From positions 143,229,343 to 143,285,452 of the forward strand of contig NC_068982.1 of assembly GCF_001194135.2 (NCBI RefSeq): a stretch of 56,110 nt of DNA. Direction: 5' to 3'. Source of the stretch: Octopus bimaculoides. Lineage: Eukaryota. This document shows positions 10,107-23,230 of the stretch, one piece after another. The first letter of the stretch is position 1, and each line of letters opens with the position of its first letter. The position numbers and the translations under genes were made by a program. The notes beneath the pieces were generated by a model, which saw only the letters and a program-made list of their open reading frames with translations, had not been told where the DNA came from and did no database searches.

Positions 10107-13100
10107 AAGTTAAACAGCGCTATGGAATATTTAGAAAACTAATTTATTCTACTCTATATAGGTATATACTAGTGTGTATGCTTTGGCTACCATGGGTAAT
10201 TTCAGGAAATATGTCATACATACAATTATTAGTATTCAACTTTTATCAAATGTCTTGGTCTTTATTCAAGATAATGAAATGAATACTAATTTTCAGAGTA
10301 AACACATTTATTACGTGAAGATGAAATTAAATAAAATATATTTCTCATTTGCATATTTACAATAAATATATCTTGATAGTTTTCTGAATTTTATCAATAT
10401 AATTGCAAACTCCTCCATCGGATACTTATCTGCAAAAATGTCTTGGTAACTCTCTTTTACACACTCTCACTTTCTCTCTCGCCCTCTCTCAATCTCTCTC
10501 TCTCATCTCCTCTTTATACCATGTAAGGTGTTATTTGAGAAATTAACCAACTAGCCAATCAACCAACATTTATATCGGCTTTTATTATATAGAGATAAGC
10601 AATATTGAGTTCATATGCTTCCCGTCCCGTCACACCATAAAGGGGGAAATCTTCATTTCTGTATGTAAGTGAAACAAAAATATTCCCCAATTAATCAACT
10701 TTAAGTAAAATATTCAGATAATATTTTACCAGCCTATAATTATGAAGTCGCTTATAGGATTTATAGTATTAAATATAATGATTCATGGTAGCAATCTAAT
10801 CAGATATAAAAGAACAGCTTAATTTGAAGGGAAGAAAAATATTTTTAAAAAACTATTATATTTCAGTACAATTGTCCTCACCTGGCACTGATCTTGATTA
10901 TAAAATAAAAACTGTCGATCAATCATAATCGAAGCATACCTTTTCTGAAAGAGAACTGTAATAACATTAATTATGTTGCTATGGAATATTATCACGTTGA
11001 TTTCAGAGAAGCAAATTGACTCTTAGTCATTTCACGTCGATAAAAATTAATACCAGTAATAAATGATCTCGACTCAATGGATTAGATCGGGTCCTGTCGA
11101 AATTACAGGCCTCATTTGTAGTGAAATTACATCAATCTTTGTACTCATCGTCTCTAGACTAGCGAATCATCAATCTACCACGAAATGAGAGATTATATCT
11201 AAAACATGTACGAGTGTGAAAATGAGGAATAATAATAATAATAATGATAATAATAATAACAATAACAATAATCATTTATGTGAAGCGTTCATAGTAGGAT
11301 AAATGATGTCTGTCGTCAGAATGTTATTGTTATCAATCTTAATCGCAATAAAACAGCATGTTCCATTTCCACTGCAAACTCTAACATGTTAGCAATAGAT
11401 TCATGATTAAATCTTTGGAGGAAAATTTACGAAATAACTTTTTTTTAAAAGAAGATGTATAGAAAAACAGCGAATTACGACTATTGTAGTCTAAAGACGA
11501 GTGTATCATGAAGGAGATTAAAGACAATTCTGTTATATTAACAATAGACACTAGTAGTAAGTGCAGTCTATTTGATGGTCAAAGATAGCATAAATTTGTT
11601 AATAGATAGTGTATTTAATTAGAAGCCATTCTTTCTCAAACTCGTGGTTGGTTGTGTTTTTGAAAGATTTAAACCAATAATAGTATTATTCTTTTTTTTT
11701 TTTTCCTTTTTTCAAAAATCTACACGAAAAGCTTGAAAACATTCTCTGTTCTTCGAATCTTTATTCATCTGTCACATTTGAGGTGAATTCCCATAAATAA
11801 TCGATGATACGCTGCTCTTACATTTCTTGTTATGTTTTTTTCTGCTTCATACTTTTACATTTTCCCACTTTACTTTTCAAATATAAGTCTTCTCTGGTCT
11901 ATGTTAAATATACATTATAATATTTTATATTACATATTATTTCTTGCTTCTTTCGTTCTTTTTTTCATTTTAGATAGCGTCTCTGGCAGGATATATTATT
12001 AATTCTAACTATTTTGTTTTTACAGTTGTGTAACTGGAAATGTAGATTTTGACTTAACTAAAAGTTTCTAATAGTATAAGAAATTAAGATATAAATTCCA
12101 AACTTTTTTCTTTTTCTTTTTGGTAGGAAGTTTAATTTCAGATTGTGGATCCAATTCCTTAGTAACATTGTATTGGCATTTCAAATGAGCTGTCCAAGAT
12201 AAGGAAAACAAGTTGACATATTTATCTATTATTGATTACATACCTATGAGCCACGAGATGACAAGTAATTTTGTAAAGTTTCTAAATGGTTTAATACTCG
12301 ATACATTGTTTACAGCTGCAAGCTGGCACACTACACGGAAGCCATTAGAAGGGAACTATATTTATAATCGATATTTCGTCTGGTTTCTTTTCGTATGTCG
12401 AGTCAGAAGGTCAAATCATTTCTTATCTAAAGAGAAACTTGTTCTATAAAACATCAATATTTTTATCGTTATAGTTTCACATACATTTTTAAAAGGCTCA
12501 TTTGTAGCTGCTTTTGGTCACTGTTGTTGTTGTTGTCGGATTTATTGTTGCAGTTACTGTCTTTTATCCGGCAATGGTTCTTACCCATAGGAATATCTGA
12601 AGTGAGCAACAGTAAGCAACAAAACAGTCGCCAGTTATACTGTAGACACACCTCTTTTGAATAACTAAACGTATGTTCTTTTTTGTCGGCAAAGAGCAGG
12701 GAATTCGCATAGCATTTGTTTTGGTGTACTTCATTGTATAGCTTTAAAGCAGTCTACAGCAGCTGAAGATGATAATGCTTACCTATACCCATGCATACAT
12801 ACCATACACATACGAAATGCTATCCATGTCTGCGGCCACGTGTACACGTACTTATACATATTTATAAGCGTGTTTTCATTTCCATATATGTGAACATGCA
12901 TCTATAGATATATATATATATATATATANNNNNNNNNNNNNNNNNNNNNNNNNNNNNNNNNNNNNNNNNNNNNNNNNNNNNNNNNNNNNNNNNNNNNNNN
13001 NNNNNNNNNNNNNNNNNNNNNNNNNNNNNNNNNNNNNNNNNNNNNNNNNNNNNNNNNNNNNNNNNNNNNNNNNNNNNNNNNNNNNNNNNNNNNNNNNNNN

Positions 13101-16100
13101 NNNNNNNNNNNNNNNNNNNNNNNNNNNNNNNNNNNNNNNNNNNNNNNNNNNNNNNNNNNNNNNNNNNNNNNNNNNNNNNNNNNNNNNNNNNNNNNNNNNN
13201 NNNNNNNNNNNNNNNNNNNNNNNNNNNNNNNNNNNNNGAACCAATGTGTGTCTTCCACGTTGCAAATATGTTTGTTGCAACACGCGATCACAGATCAAAT
13301 TACTTTCCAGGCACATACAACGCCAAAATCTTTTTCTTGTATTTTAACGAAAAAACATAAATTATCATCTAAGGGACTATATTGTGATTGAGTTGCCTTT
13401 TGGAGACGTTTCCTTTACCCTCCTGTTTTACTTTCTTTAATTCTCTCCAGCAGGGATCTGCTGACAATTCATCTCATTGATATGGTAGGAACACTTAAGC
13501 TGAAATGTGTGTTAGCAAATACTTTTTATTGCATCGATACTTGATCGGAAATTAGTGAGTTTTAGCCTTAGATTACCTTCCTCTTTCAGATCCAGTTCTC
13601 GACTGCACCCTTAATGCTCAAAATTGTTTCAGGTGTTTATCGACTTGCTTGGATAGCCCTATAGAGTTCTGCTCTAGATTAATTATTAATTAGCTCTTAG
13701 CTAAGAAATAATTAATCTTCTATGAAGAATTTTCTATGACTCGATTATATTATCCGCAAGTGCCGTGTGAATCATTAGCTTCTTACTAAATAGGAGATGT
13801 AATGTAATGACTGCTTCATATCGTTTGTAATTCCGCACAACAATCAGAATCGCATGTATATAATTTGCATATTCTCGCATGAATGTTAGTATTCATTTGC
13901 ATATTCTTTTATTAATGTTAGTATTTATCCCCGTAAAAGCAAGAATTGTTTGGTCAATTTTATAGAAACTCTTTAGCAACTTTAAAATCTTGCGTTATTT
14001 GCCTTGAATCGGCAATAGTTAGCAAAAGTTTGGAGACGGAATGTCGTGACATATGGTGCGTCTTGAACCATGTTTTTAGAACTTGCAGAAGGCATCCGTC
14101 TTCAGATCTAACCACAGTCGATTTCTTTCAGAAAGAACGATAAAGGCAGACTGGCAGAGAAAAGAAAATAAGAAAATGTGACCCCAATGCACAGAGCAAG
14201 TTAACCTCGATGGCATTTAAACTGGGCGGTTATCGCAAATTAATCTATCCAACGATGTAACGACTCTGCCCTTTAGTCCCCTCTCCTGTATAATTTATTA
14301 AATCTCAATTATTTATTGGAGGCGTTTGAAATGGTTGAAATACTTCAAACATTGATTTCTAAAACGCTAACATTGAGTTCACCCATTTCCCTAACCACAT
14401 CGTCCAGTTCCAACCTTAAACAGAGGTTAATTGTATTCAGGATTACAACATTTATTGCAATTATATTCAAACTTTTAAAATTAAAATAAAAAGTACCACA
14501 AGCAGAAAAATTCAATTCAGTTTCTGCCCGGTTTTTCGTTTCTTGTTTTCCTTTTTCTCTTATAAGCTCTCCGTCTTTTGAAGATATATTTTTTTTTTTC
14601 CTTTTTGCTTAATATTACATACCTCAACATTGTATTCCTGGTGGAATATACATGATCGAGCTAGTCAAACTGCCAATTAAACCCGGTTTGTCTGCTTGTC
14701 GATATTTATGTGATCTGAATATTGAAATCTATTTGTTCTGCTTTTTGTTTCCTTTTGTTTTTTGTAGTTTTATTGTTTTTAATCAAATTACTTTCCTATA
14801 GTCATTGACACGACCAAAATGCTTGGCATCATTACGGTTGCTCTTGTTATAATTTTCTTTTATTTTCCCCCTTCATTTTGAAACAGTTTCATTGCCAATT
14901 TAAAATATCTTATCGAGAACATGTACTTTCTTGCTAGTAGATCGACAGAAAATCAATACCTAATCAATATTAGTTAATGATATCAATCTAACATTGAGCG
15001 CCTGTTGTAATAATTCTGCTACGATATATGCCGGACATAGAGAACTTTTAATCGACAAACAACTAAAATATAAATTATTCTACTACATAACAACAAAATC
15101 ATTAAAACTATCCATGGTGTTAGAAGTGTGTCTTGTATTGTAATTACACTCCTGATTAATGAGTAATTTTATATTCGAAAAGCTAATTTGCTGATATATG
15201 TTGCATTTTTTTATATTAAAATATTCCTTTTAATAACAAGTCGATATCTTTTAATATTTCAAAACTAATAGTTTAGTTGTTTGGCTTTAAATAAATTATA
15301 AAAATCATAGGAAAATGGTAATTTAATTGAACAACTTTAGATATAAAAACTGAATATTTCTAAGTTGTCAAAAATATTGCTTTAATTAGATGTTAAGAAA
15401 CAAAAGAATTATTAAAATCCAGTTATTTAGAATTTAAAATTACAATACTCTCACAGAAGAACATTTTATTTATCTAGATAAATATATTTATCTAGAGAAA
15501 TATATTTATGGAAATAAATATATGTTACCGCGTTTACTAGGTTTAAATTTATGTATATATTTACTGTTAATTTTAAATATTTTAGTAGATCTTACACAAA
15601 TGCTTGCTAATTTCATGACATTATAAAACACTTTAAATTTCATCATACATTTTTTTAATCGATGCAGTCACTTAGTCGCCATCGATATACTCAAACAACT
15701 ATCATCAATAAATTAAAATTAAAAGAAATATTTTTACTTGATTTGCTATAGATAGAGTTTAACTTCGATATATTTTCTCCTAAATACTTATTTCTATCAT
15801 TGTATGTTTAGTTATTTTTCTAATGGCAGCTATTAGTGATAGAAAAGTCAATAAGCAAGCCTTTACTGTGAAGTCATGAATATTTACGAAATAAATTGAA
15901 TAGAATATAGCGAAAGCCTAAACGATTTTATTACAATTTGGCTGTCTGAATTGTTTTATTCCTATCGCCTTTGTCTCTAGATATATAAATATCACTTGCA
16001 GTATATATGATTTATTTGACAAGCAAACATACTTAAATGAAAACAATTGTGAATATGTTGTTTCATTTAGAAGTCAATACTAGACATGTCGAAACACTGG

Positions 16101-16491
16101 TCAGTGACACAATACACTAAATATTTAATAGTATATCCTCAAAATGTGTCATAAACTAAATCTGGTTTTGTATTGCTTCTAATATATTCCTTACTGTCTC
16201 AGTTATCATTGAACAAAACCTGAGATCACGGAACGATATTCAGTACGAGATTATTCCGTGTCACTTGAAACAACTTTATTCCGCAGTTGTTTATAACAAG
16301 GCGTCTTATAATATCAAGTGTTATAACTAAGGCGATAAATATCAATTTTTAAACTAAATAAATCCTGTGGTTGTGATTAAAAAGTAATTATATGATATGT
16401 TCAAGTATATTTTCCCGAAGCTCATGTTGCATGTCATTATATAAGGTGCAACTGTTTCAGTAAATAAGCCACGTTGGTATTTGTGTATGTA

Positions 16492-16574
<83 letters not shown>

Positions 16575-16615
16575 TACGGAGATGTACTTGCATAGCAAGT
16601 GACTTAATCTGAAGC

Positions 16616-16814
16616 AATTGCCGCGTGGAAGGTGTTTATAAGCCATTTAAAAAAACACACAAAAAACATTAGATTCACTTCAACATTTAAATCCGTTCTG
16701 AAGTTTTGTCTGCGAACAGGTCGCGGTTTCAAAGCGACGAAAAAATGTTGAAGTGAATCTAACGGGATTTTGTGTGTTTTTAAATGGCTTATAAACACCT
16801 TCCATGCTGCAATT
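16616..16814. mobile_element. Foldback/MITE-like element with ~72-bp inverted arms
   Basis: Left arm 16616-16688 and right arm 16743-16814. Perfectly complementary blocks tggaaggtgtttataagccatttaaaaa (28 nt) and ttagattcacttcaacattt (20 nt), 54-nt spacer. Confidence 0.8.
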
Positions 16815-16904
16815 AGATGTATACATATATATATATATATATATATATTACACCAGTATTAAAGATATTTCACTTCATGTTACGAGTAGTAATAGTGAAT
16901 GTGT

Positions 16905-17195
16905 GTGGCTTAGTCATTGGGACATTCGGTTAAGAATAGTAAGGTCGTGAATTTGATCCCACCGGCACATTTTATCCTTGAGCAAGTCACTTTATTTCAC
17001 GTTATCCCAGTCCATTCAGCTGGCAAAAATGAGTTGTACACGCCATGGTTTATATCATGCTGAATCTTGAGATCTACGTTAAGGGTCGGCGTGTCGGTGG
17101 ACTGCCCAGCAATTTGTACTCTAATATCACGAGCAGGCTGTTCCATTGATCGCGTCAACTGGAACGCTCATTGCTACAACCGACGCAGCGCCAGT
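16905..17195 (+). mobile_element. SINE subfamily C2 with CORE-like central domain (degenerate)
   Basis: ccttgagcaagtcactttatttcacgttatcccagtccattcagctggcaaaaatgag resembles the CORE domain (MIR ccttgggcaagtcactt...catctgtaaaatggg). The 3' part is shared with family C. Confidence 0.7.
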
Positions 17196-19417
17196 TACTA
17201 GTAGTAATAGAAATTGTTGTTATGGGTACCGTTGTTGTTGTTGTTATTAAATCTCACGTCAAATGTGATACAATAGGCTGATAATCAGAGACATTCCAAG
17301 CGTGACTTCGTCCATTTATATGAATATACGGCTGTATTATCAAATGGTGCGTTACTTTCTTAATTATGATAAATCTGTTATTGTTTAGCTGCAGGCCTGC
17401 CATGATTTAGTAGCTCAGTGATCAAAATCATTCTAACAATGATTATCTCATCTGTGTGGGGCGGGGGGGATTTTATTGTCAAATGAGATCCCTGATTTAT
17501 GACACTGATATGCATTTCAGTAAACCTGACTATGACTTATTGTGGTCGAGTCACCACAGAGAAACTGCCTTGTTGTGTATTTGAGTGTTATTGTCGCAAA
17601 TCCAACCATTTCTTAGAAGCCGCCTTGATGGTTCTTGACAGCCTTTCTGTCTGCTGTTATATGGTTATCCAGTTCACAAAGCTATTGATCATACAAGATC
17701 ATAACCATTTATATTTGTTCATTATGTTTGTCTTATATATTAGTCTGATTTGAAACGTTATGGCTAAGTTACCTTTAGAACCGGACTTAAAACTTTACTT
17801 CACTAGCTGCAATGAGGATTTCGAAAAGTACTATATAATGTTTTTGAAAATCCACACAAATGTTTCAATGTCTTCCAAAACTCATTACTTGCAATTTTCC
17901 TTAACACAAATTATAACTGATAGAAATAAGGTATATCATAGTTTTCTGTATTTTTCTAAATGTTTCACTTTAATCATATATTAACTTTCCATGTGAAATA
18001 CTCCAGTTAATTTCATTAGATCTCCAACACGTCATGAAGTCAATGTTTATGATAACCGCTGTTTTAGAACTTGTACGACATCTAATCTAATTTTATAGCT
18101 GAATGTTGCTGCCAAAGATAAATTATAGTCAGGAGGGAAAAAAATCAGACAGTGTTTATGACTCTTTACGTGGCTTCCAAGAATTGTAGAAAGGAGAAGA
18201 CGAGGTATTTTCAAACCGAAGTTCTAACCCGAAGTACGCTGAAAGGAGACAACATGCCACGTGCTAGTGTTACTATTTGGCCAACAATAGTACCGTACTT
18301 TACACCTTTTCTTGTAATTTTTAAATGCAAAAATCTTTATTGACTTGAAGACATTTTAATGAATGGGCACTGGGACTCAGTTATTCCAAGATAAGTTCTT
18401 TTCTTCTACTCACAGTTGTTGAGTGTTAAATGTGTCCTGTTTCGTACATTATGTTATTTTCGCTAGAAAACTTGCGTCTATACTGTATATGTCCAATGTT
18501 ACCGTCTGTATTGAATATGTCCAATACTGACGTTTATGCTGTATATTTTCAATGTTTACTATCTCATACTAGAGTATTGTAGTTCGCTTGAAGCATTGTG
18601 TATTGTTTGTAAAGAATAAAAAGTTTAGAATGGTACAACAATACACTATAAAGCAACAAATGGACTATATACCTGTTGTAATTTGATTATCTATAGTCCG
18701 ATGATATTTCGCAATTACAATTCCTTCTTCAGAATTTCTTAGATGGAGTCTCTGCAGATGGAGTCCATTTTTTTGTTTTATAGTGCATTGTTGTACCATT
18801 CTAAACTTTTTATTCTTTATCTCATACTATAAAAAATGCTTCCTAAATGACCGCCCGAGGAGACAGAAATAGCAACCAAATTTTCCTAAAGGCGCACACC
18901 ATAGAACAGTTTTACTTTCTTTCAGAATTGAATGCTGATGACCGGAATAGATTTGTTCTATCAGTGTTGATCTACAGCTAAGAACAAAACAACAGCAATA
19001 GCAAATACACGTACAATGGCTGGCATTGTAAATGTCTCTTAATGACACAGCTGTTGGTTTCAATATTCAAATGAGTTTCCAGAACTATTTCGGCGTTGTA
19101 AATATATCCATACATCATTTTCAGTTGCACTGGTAACACGAACACAGACTGACGCTAATCTATAACTGACATACATACATTACGCAGAATTATGCACATT
19201 CCACTGTTGATTCTCTTCTATATAGTTACTATATATGTACCCAACTTACCATTCTTCAGCTTGGTACTGTAACACTTGTCCAACTGTAACACTTGTCCAA
19301 CCCAAAAAATATTTTCGTTAATTATGTGTCGTTTTGCGTTGGAATCTCTCAGGCTGAGAATGATTCACTAGCTGTAATTTTATATTGTCTATGTAAAATA
19401 AATAAAAAAGAAATTAT

Positions 19418-19537
19418 GAGGCGCCGACACAGCTTTTGAAGTCTAGCTTGGATTTACGTGATGTCAGGTTCAGTCCCACTGTACGGTACCTTGAACAAGG
19501 GCCGTTCTTGCAAATGAATTTGGTTCGTGGAAGCCTG

Positions 19538-19586
<49 letters not shown>

Positions 19587-20112
19587 NNNNNNNNNNNNNN
19601 NNNNNNNNNNNNNNNNNNNNNNNNNNNNNNNNNNNNNNNNNNNNNNNNNNNNNNNNNNNNNNNNNNNNNNNNNNNNNNNNNNNNNNNNNNNNNNNNNNNN
19701 NNNNNNNNNNNNNNNNNNNNNNNNNNNNNNNNNNNNNNNNNNNNNNNNNNNNNNNNNNNNNNNNNNNNNNNNNNNNNNNNNNNNNNNNNNNNNNNNNNNN
19801 NNNNNNNNNNNNNNNNNNNNNNNNNNNNNNNNNNNNNNNNNNNNNNNNNNNNNNNNNNNNNNNNNNNNNNATATATATATATATATATACACGCGCGCGT
19901 GTGTGTGTGTTTGTGTTTATCGCCCCCCCCCCATCGGTTGACAACCGATATTGGTATGCTTACGTCCTCATAACTTAGCAGTTCAACAAAAGACACCGAT
20001 AGAATAAGTACTGGGCTTACAAAGAATAAGTCCTGGGATAGAATTATTCGTCTAAAGGCGGTGCTCCAACATGGCCACAGTCAAATGACTGAAACAATTA
20101 AAAGAATAAAAG
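19418..20112 (+). mobile_element. SINE family B spanning an N gap in its internal microsatellite
   Basis: Degenerate head with ggttcagtcccactg, then (TG)n, gap and (TA)n. The 3' half has gacaaccgat...aaaggcggtgctccaacatggccacagtcaaatgactgaaac. Confidence 0.8.
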
Positions 20113-20994
20113 TACTGGGATGAATTTGTTTTTAACTAAAACCCTCCGAGGAGGTGGCCCCAGCCTGGCTGCAATCCAGTGCTTGAAATAAGTAAAAGAC
20201 AAAAGCAATTTATCTTCTCTCTGCCTAATTGCTGTCCCCAACATGGATGTGTGTTTAGAGAATTTGAAGTTAAACTATAGAGAACAAAAGACGCACAGTC
20301 GTACTGTATAGTCGCGTTGAAATTTTCCAATTAACTATTCCATTTTTGATAAACCCAGATCATACAACTATGGGGCTGTAAGCCATTTATTCTTCATTGC
20401 TATTTTAATGACGATCACCATGGAGAAATTAAATTTGTCGTTTTAATTGCATGCAGGAATGATTCACGAAGCTTTTGGCAATCAACTCGAGCTGACAACA
20501 TTTGCATATATTTTCATCATCCAAGCAAAATCATGTTAATAAAGAATTGGTTAATTGTTCAATAGGACTTTTAGTATTCATCTCTGTCGTCAATATCAAT
20601 GGGACAATTTAGTAAGTGTCATTTGGGTTATCTTTGTGGCTTCACGACTTAAAATATCTGTTATATATTTAAATGTTGTCTTTCAGTGGCCAGGCGTCCG
20701 TCGTTTCATATGATTCTGATGTTCATAATTATTGCATCCTTAATATTCGATGACATTCATGAAAGGAAGTACTAAAATTACTCTTCTTCAAATCGGCTAT
20801 TTTAAACGTATCTAGATTGGGTTTTTTTTTAATCTACTCATGTCCTCTTAATTACAGATATCATCAACTTCAACTCCATGTGATATGGCAAAAGCCTTCT
20901 ACTCCTACGACTACTGTTACTACTACTAGCAGTAAGGCTAGCAGCTGAAACAGCAGTAGCACCTGAAGTAGCAGCGGTGGTGGCGGTGGTGGTG

Positions 20995-21025
<31 letters not shown>

Positions 21026-21444
21026 AAGCTGTAACTTCCTATAAGATTTCTATTAGCATAGAACGTCAGACAAAGGAGATATGAATTCTCAAATTTTTTC
21101 CATCCCCGCCATATATATATATATATGATTTTGTCCCTAATATTATTATCATTATTATATATATACACTTACAAACGTACATACGCACATACAAACATAT
21201 AGGTGCAAATTAAGCTGCAGAAAATTGCACTCAGATACAACAGGTATAATAATATATATTGTTTTACTGAAGCTGAATAAGTTCGTGAATTGCTGCTCGG
21301 GATGGTGAAGTTCTGTCTGATGATCGTTTCTGTGAAACACTAATTAAATAAATATACATATACACAATGCGAATTCGAGACATTTTGAGAGCTACTGCTG
21401 GAAAGACATTTATGAAGCTCAAAGAAGTACTAAATTCTAACCTT

Positions 21445-22345
21445 TTTCAATGTAGAATCCTCTAACATCAATGCGCTTGTTCCAGCCTCTTCGAGAAGGC
21501 CCCATGGAATTCCTTCAAACTGAAGGTGTTCAGGATCAATCTCATAGCCTCCTTTATCTTCCTAATATCTTCAATACTGCCCATAATGTTCTCCTTCAGC
21601 TTGAGGAACAACAAAATGTCACAGGCAGCAAGGTCTGGACTGTAGGATGGGTGAGTTGCTTACCAGGATTTAATTGTGGGCTGGTACGTTGTCCGTGCGC
21701 AGGTGCAATCGACCCGAGTGAAAGAGTTCTGGCCTTTTCGATGAAATCTCTTTGTGGTCCCCTCCCTCAAAACCTCCACCAAGTACTCTTTGTTGACCGC
21801 CTGACCAGAGGGAACCCAGTAGATGATGCCCTTAAAATAAGGGATAATCATAAGCTTTTCTTTGGACTTGCCTTGTCTGGCCTTCTTTAATCTAAGGAAC
21901 CCAGAATGATGTCATAGGACACTATTTATTTGTCACTAGTTCATAACGGTAAATCCAGATTTTGCCACAGGTCACCAGAGAAACTTACGAAATGCTTGGT
22001 TGGAAGTAATCGTTGCTGTCACCAACGCGTCTTTCCTACGTTTTGTCACTGAGCGTCCTCACAGCAAATTTTGCACATGTTCAGATCTTCAAGAATAATT
22101 CTGTGCGTCTTTTCCACATCAACTCCATACTGTGTGCCTATTGTTTTTATAGACACATGACGGTCTTCACCCAGGAAGTTGTAAAGTTTCTTAACCAGCT
22201 CTGATGTTTCGACGTCTCTTTCTCTCCTACACCTTTCATCGTCTCTACCATGCTTATACCTCTGGTATCAGCGCAAAACAAATACTCGGCTCATACAGAT
22301 TAAAACTTAAGCTGCCTGGGGCATTTCAAAAGTTTCTACGGTTTT
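21445..22345 (-). pseudogene. Mariner (Tc1/mariner, DD34D-type) transposase pseudogene
   Basis: Minus fragments read FLGEDRHVSIKTI, WIYRYEL (WxYxYDPE), KKARQGKSKEKLMII, VPSGQAVNKEYLVEVLRE and HPSYSPDLAACDILLFLKLK (YSPDLAP motif), with many frameshifts. TIRs were not confidently seen. Confidence 0.9.
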
Positions 22346-22826
22346 GACCCGTTTAACACAAAACTTGATTGCGTAGCGAGCGTCCAAATTGTCTTTACTT
22401 CCCGACTGCATTCTGTAAACTGGGCAGCTGTGACAAGCAGTCTTTAGTAGTGCATGTTGAAAGGGCGATTACAGCCGTGTCCATCAATCTGGTATAAAAA
22501 GTTGATAGTTCAGCTAATAAGATGTATGATGATGAGAAGATAAAGTACAGTAAATCTATGACAGGTATAACTGCCTGTACTACAAAAAAGTCTCAAGTCT
22601 GTCGTAGGCACACCCCTACATACATACATACATACATACATACATACATACATACATACATACATACAAACATATATATACATAATATATATATTAGTTC
22701 ATGATAGAATATAAGGATAAAAATCACGTTAATAATTTTTATTAGGTAGTCAGCATGCTCTAAGAATTTATTGGCAATTTATCCATTAAATTAATAATAA
22801 TATACATATGTATATATTTTATTAAT

Positions 22827-22898
22827 GGAGCAAGGGCGAAAACCGCCTATCTCGACACTTCAAGCATGCTGGAGATAGGTCGTTTTCGCCCTTGCTCC
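22827..22898. other. Isolated 72-nt GC-rich hairpin (27-bp stem, 18-nt loop)
   Basis: ggagcaagggcgaaaaccgcctatctc and gagataggtcgttttcgcccttgctcc give 25 Watson-Crick pairs, 1 G-T and 1 mismatch. Confidence 0.9.
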
Positions 22899-23194
22899 CA
22901 CAATATAATCATATACACATGTATATTATTACTAATTTTATATATGTATGTGTGTGTGTATACATGTATATATATGTATATATATATATACATATATATA
23001 TGTATATATATATATAGATATATATAAACGTAAAATGAAAACAAGACACAAAGGATTCCGCGGTACACGTGTTTCAAGCTTTATACACAAACAGTCGTTG
23101 CATCATTATGAGTATAAAGTTGATAGGAAGATACATATACATGTTTACATACGCACATATACATATATATATATATATATATATATGCGCGCGC

Positions 23195-23230
<36 letters not shown>

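Noticed and set aside
10882-10944. 63-nt minus segment with good splice sites (KRYASIMIDRQFLFYNQDQCQ)
   Set aside because: Open only in phase 0; in the phase required after exon B it stops after six codons. No recognisable product.
13990-14150. Very strong minus acceptor at 14150
   Set aside because: All three frames stop within 75 nt and there is no convincing GT donor.
15467-15502. 18-bp perfect palindrome tatttatctagataaata, tandemly duplicated
   Set aside because: Very AT-rich context where such palindromes and slippage duplications are common.
19251-19353. Strong donor ATG|gtaagt at ~19250 with an open phase-2 frame upstream
   Set aside because: Weak acceptor, peptide unlike GluN2, and it contains a 17-bp tandem duplication (19266-19299) that is unlikely in a coding exon.
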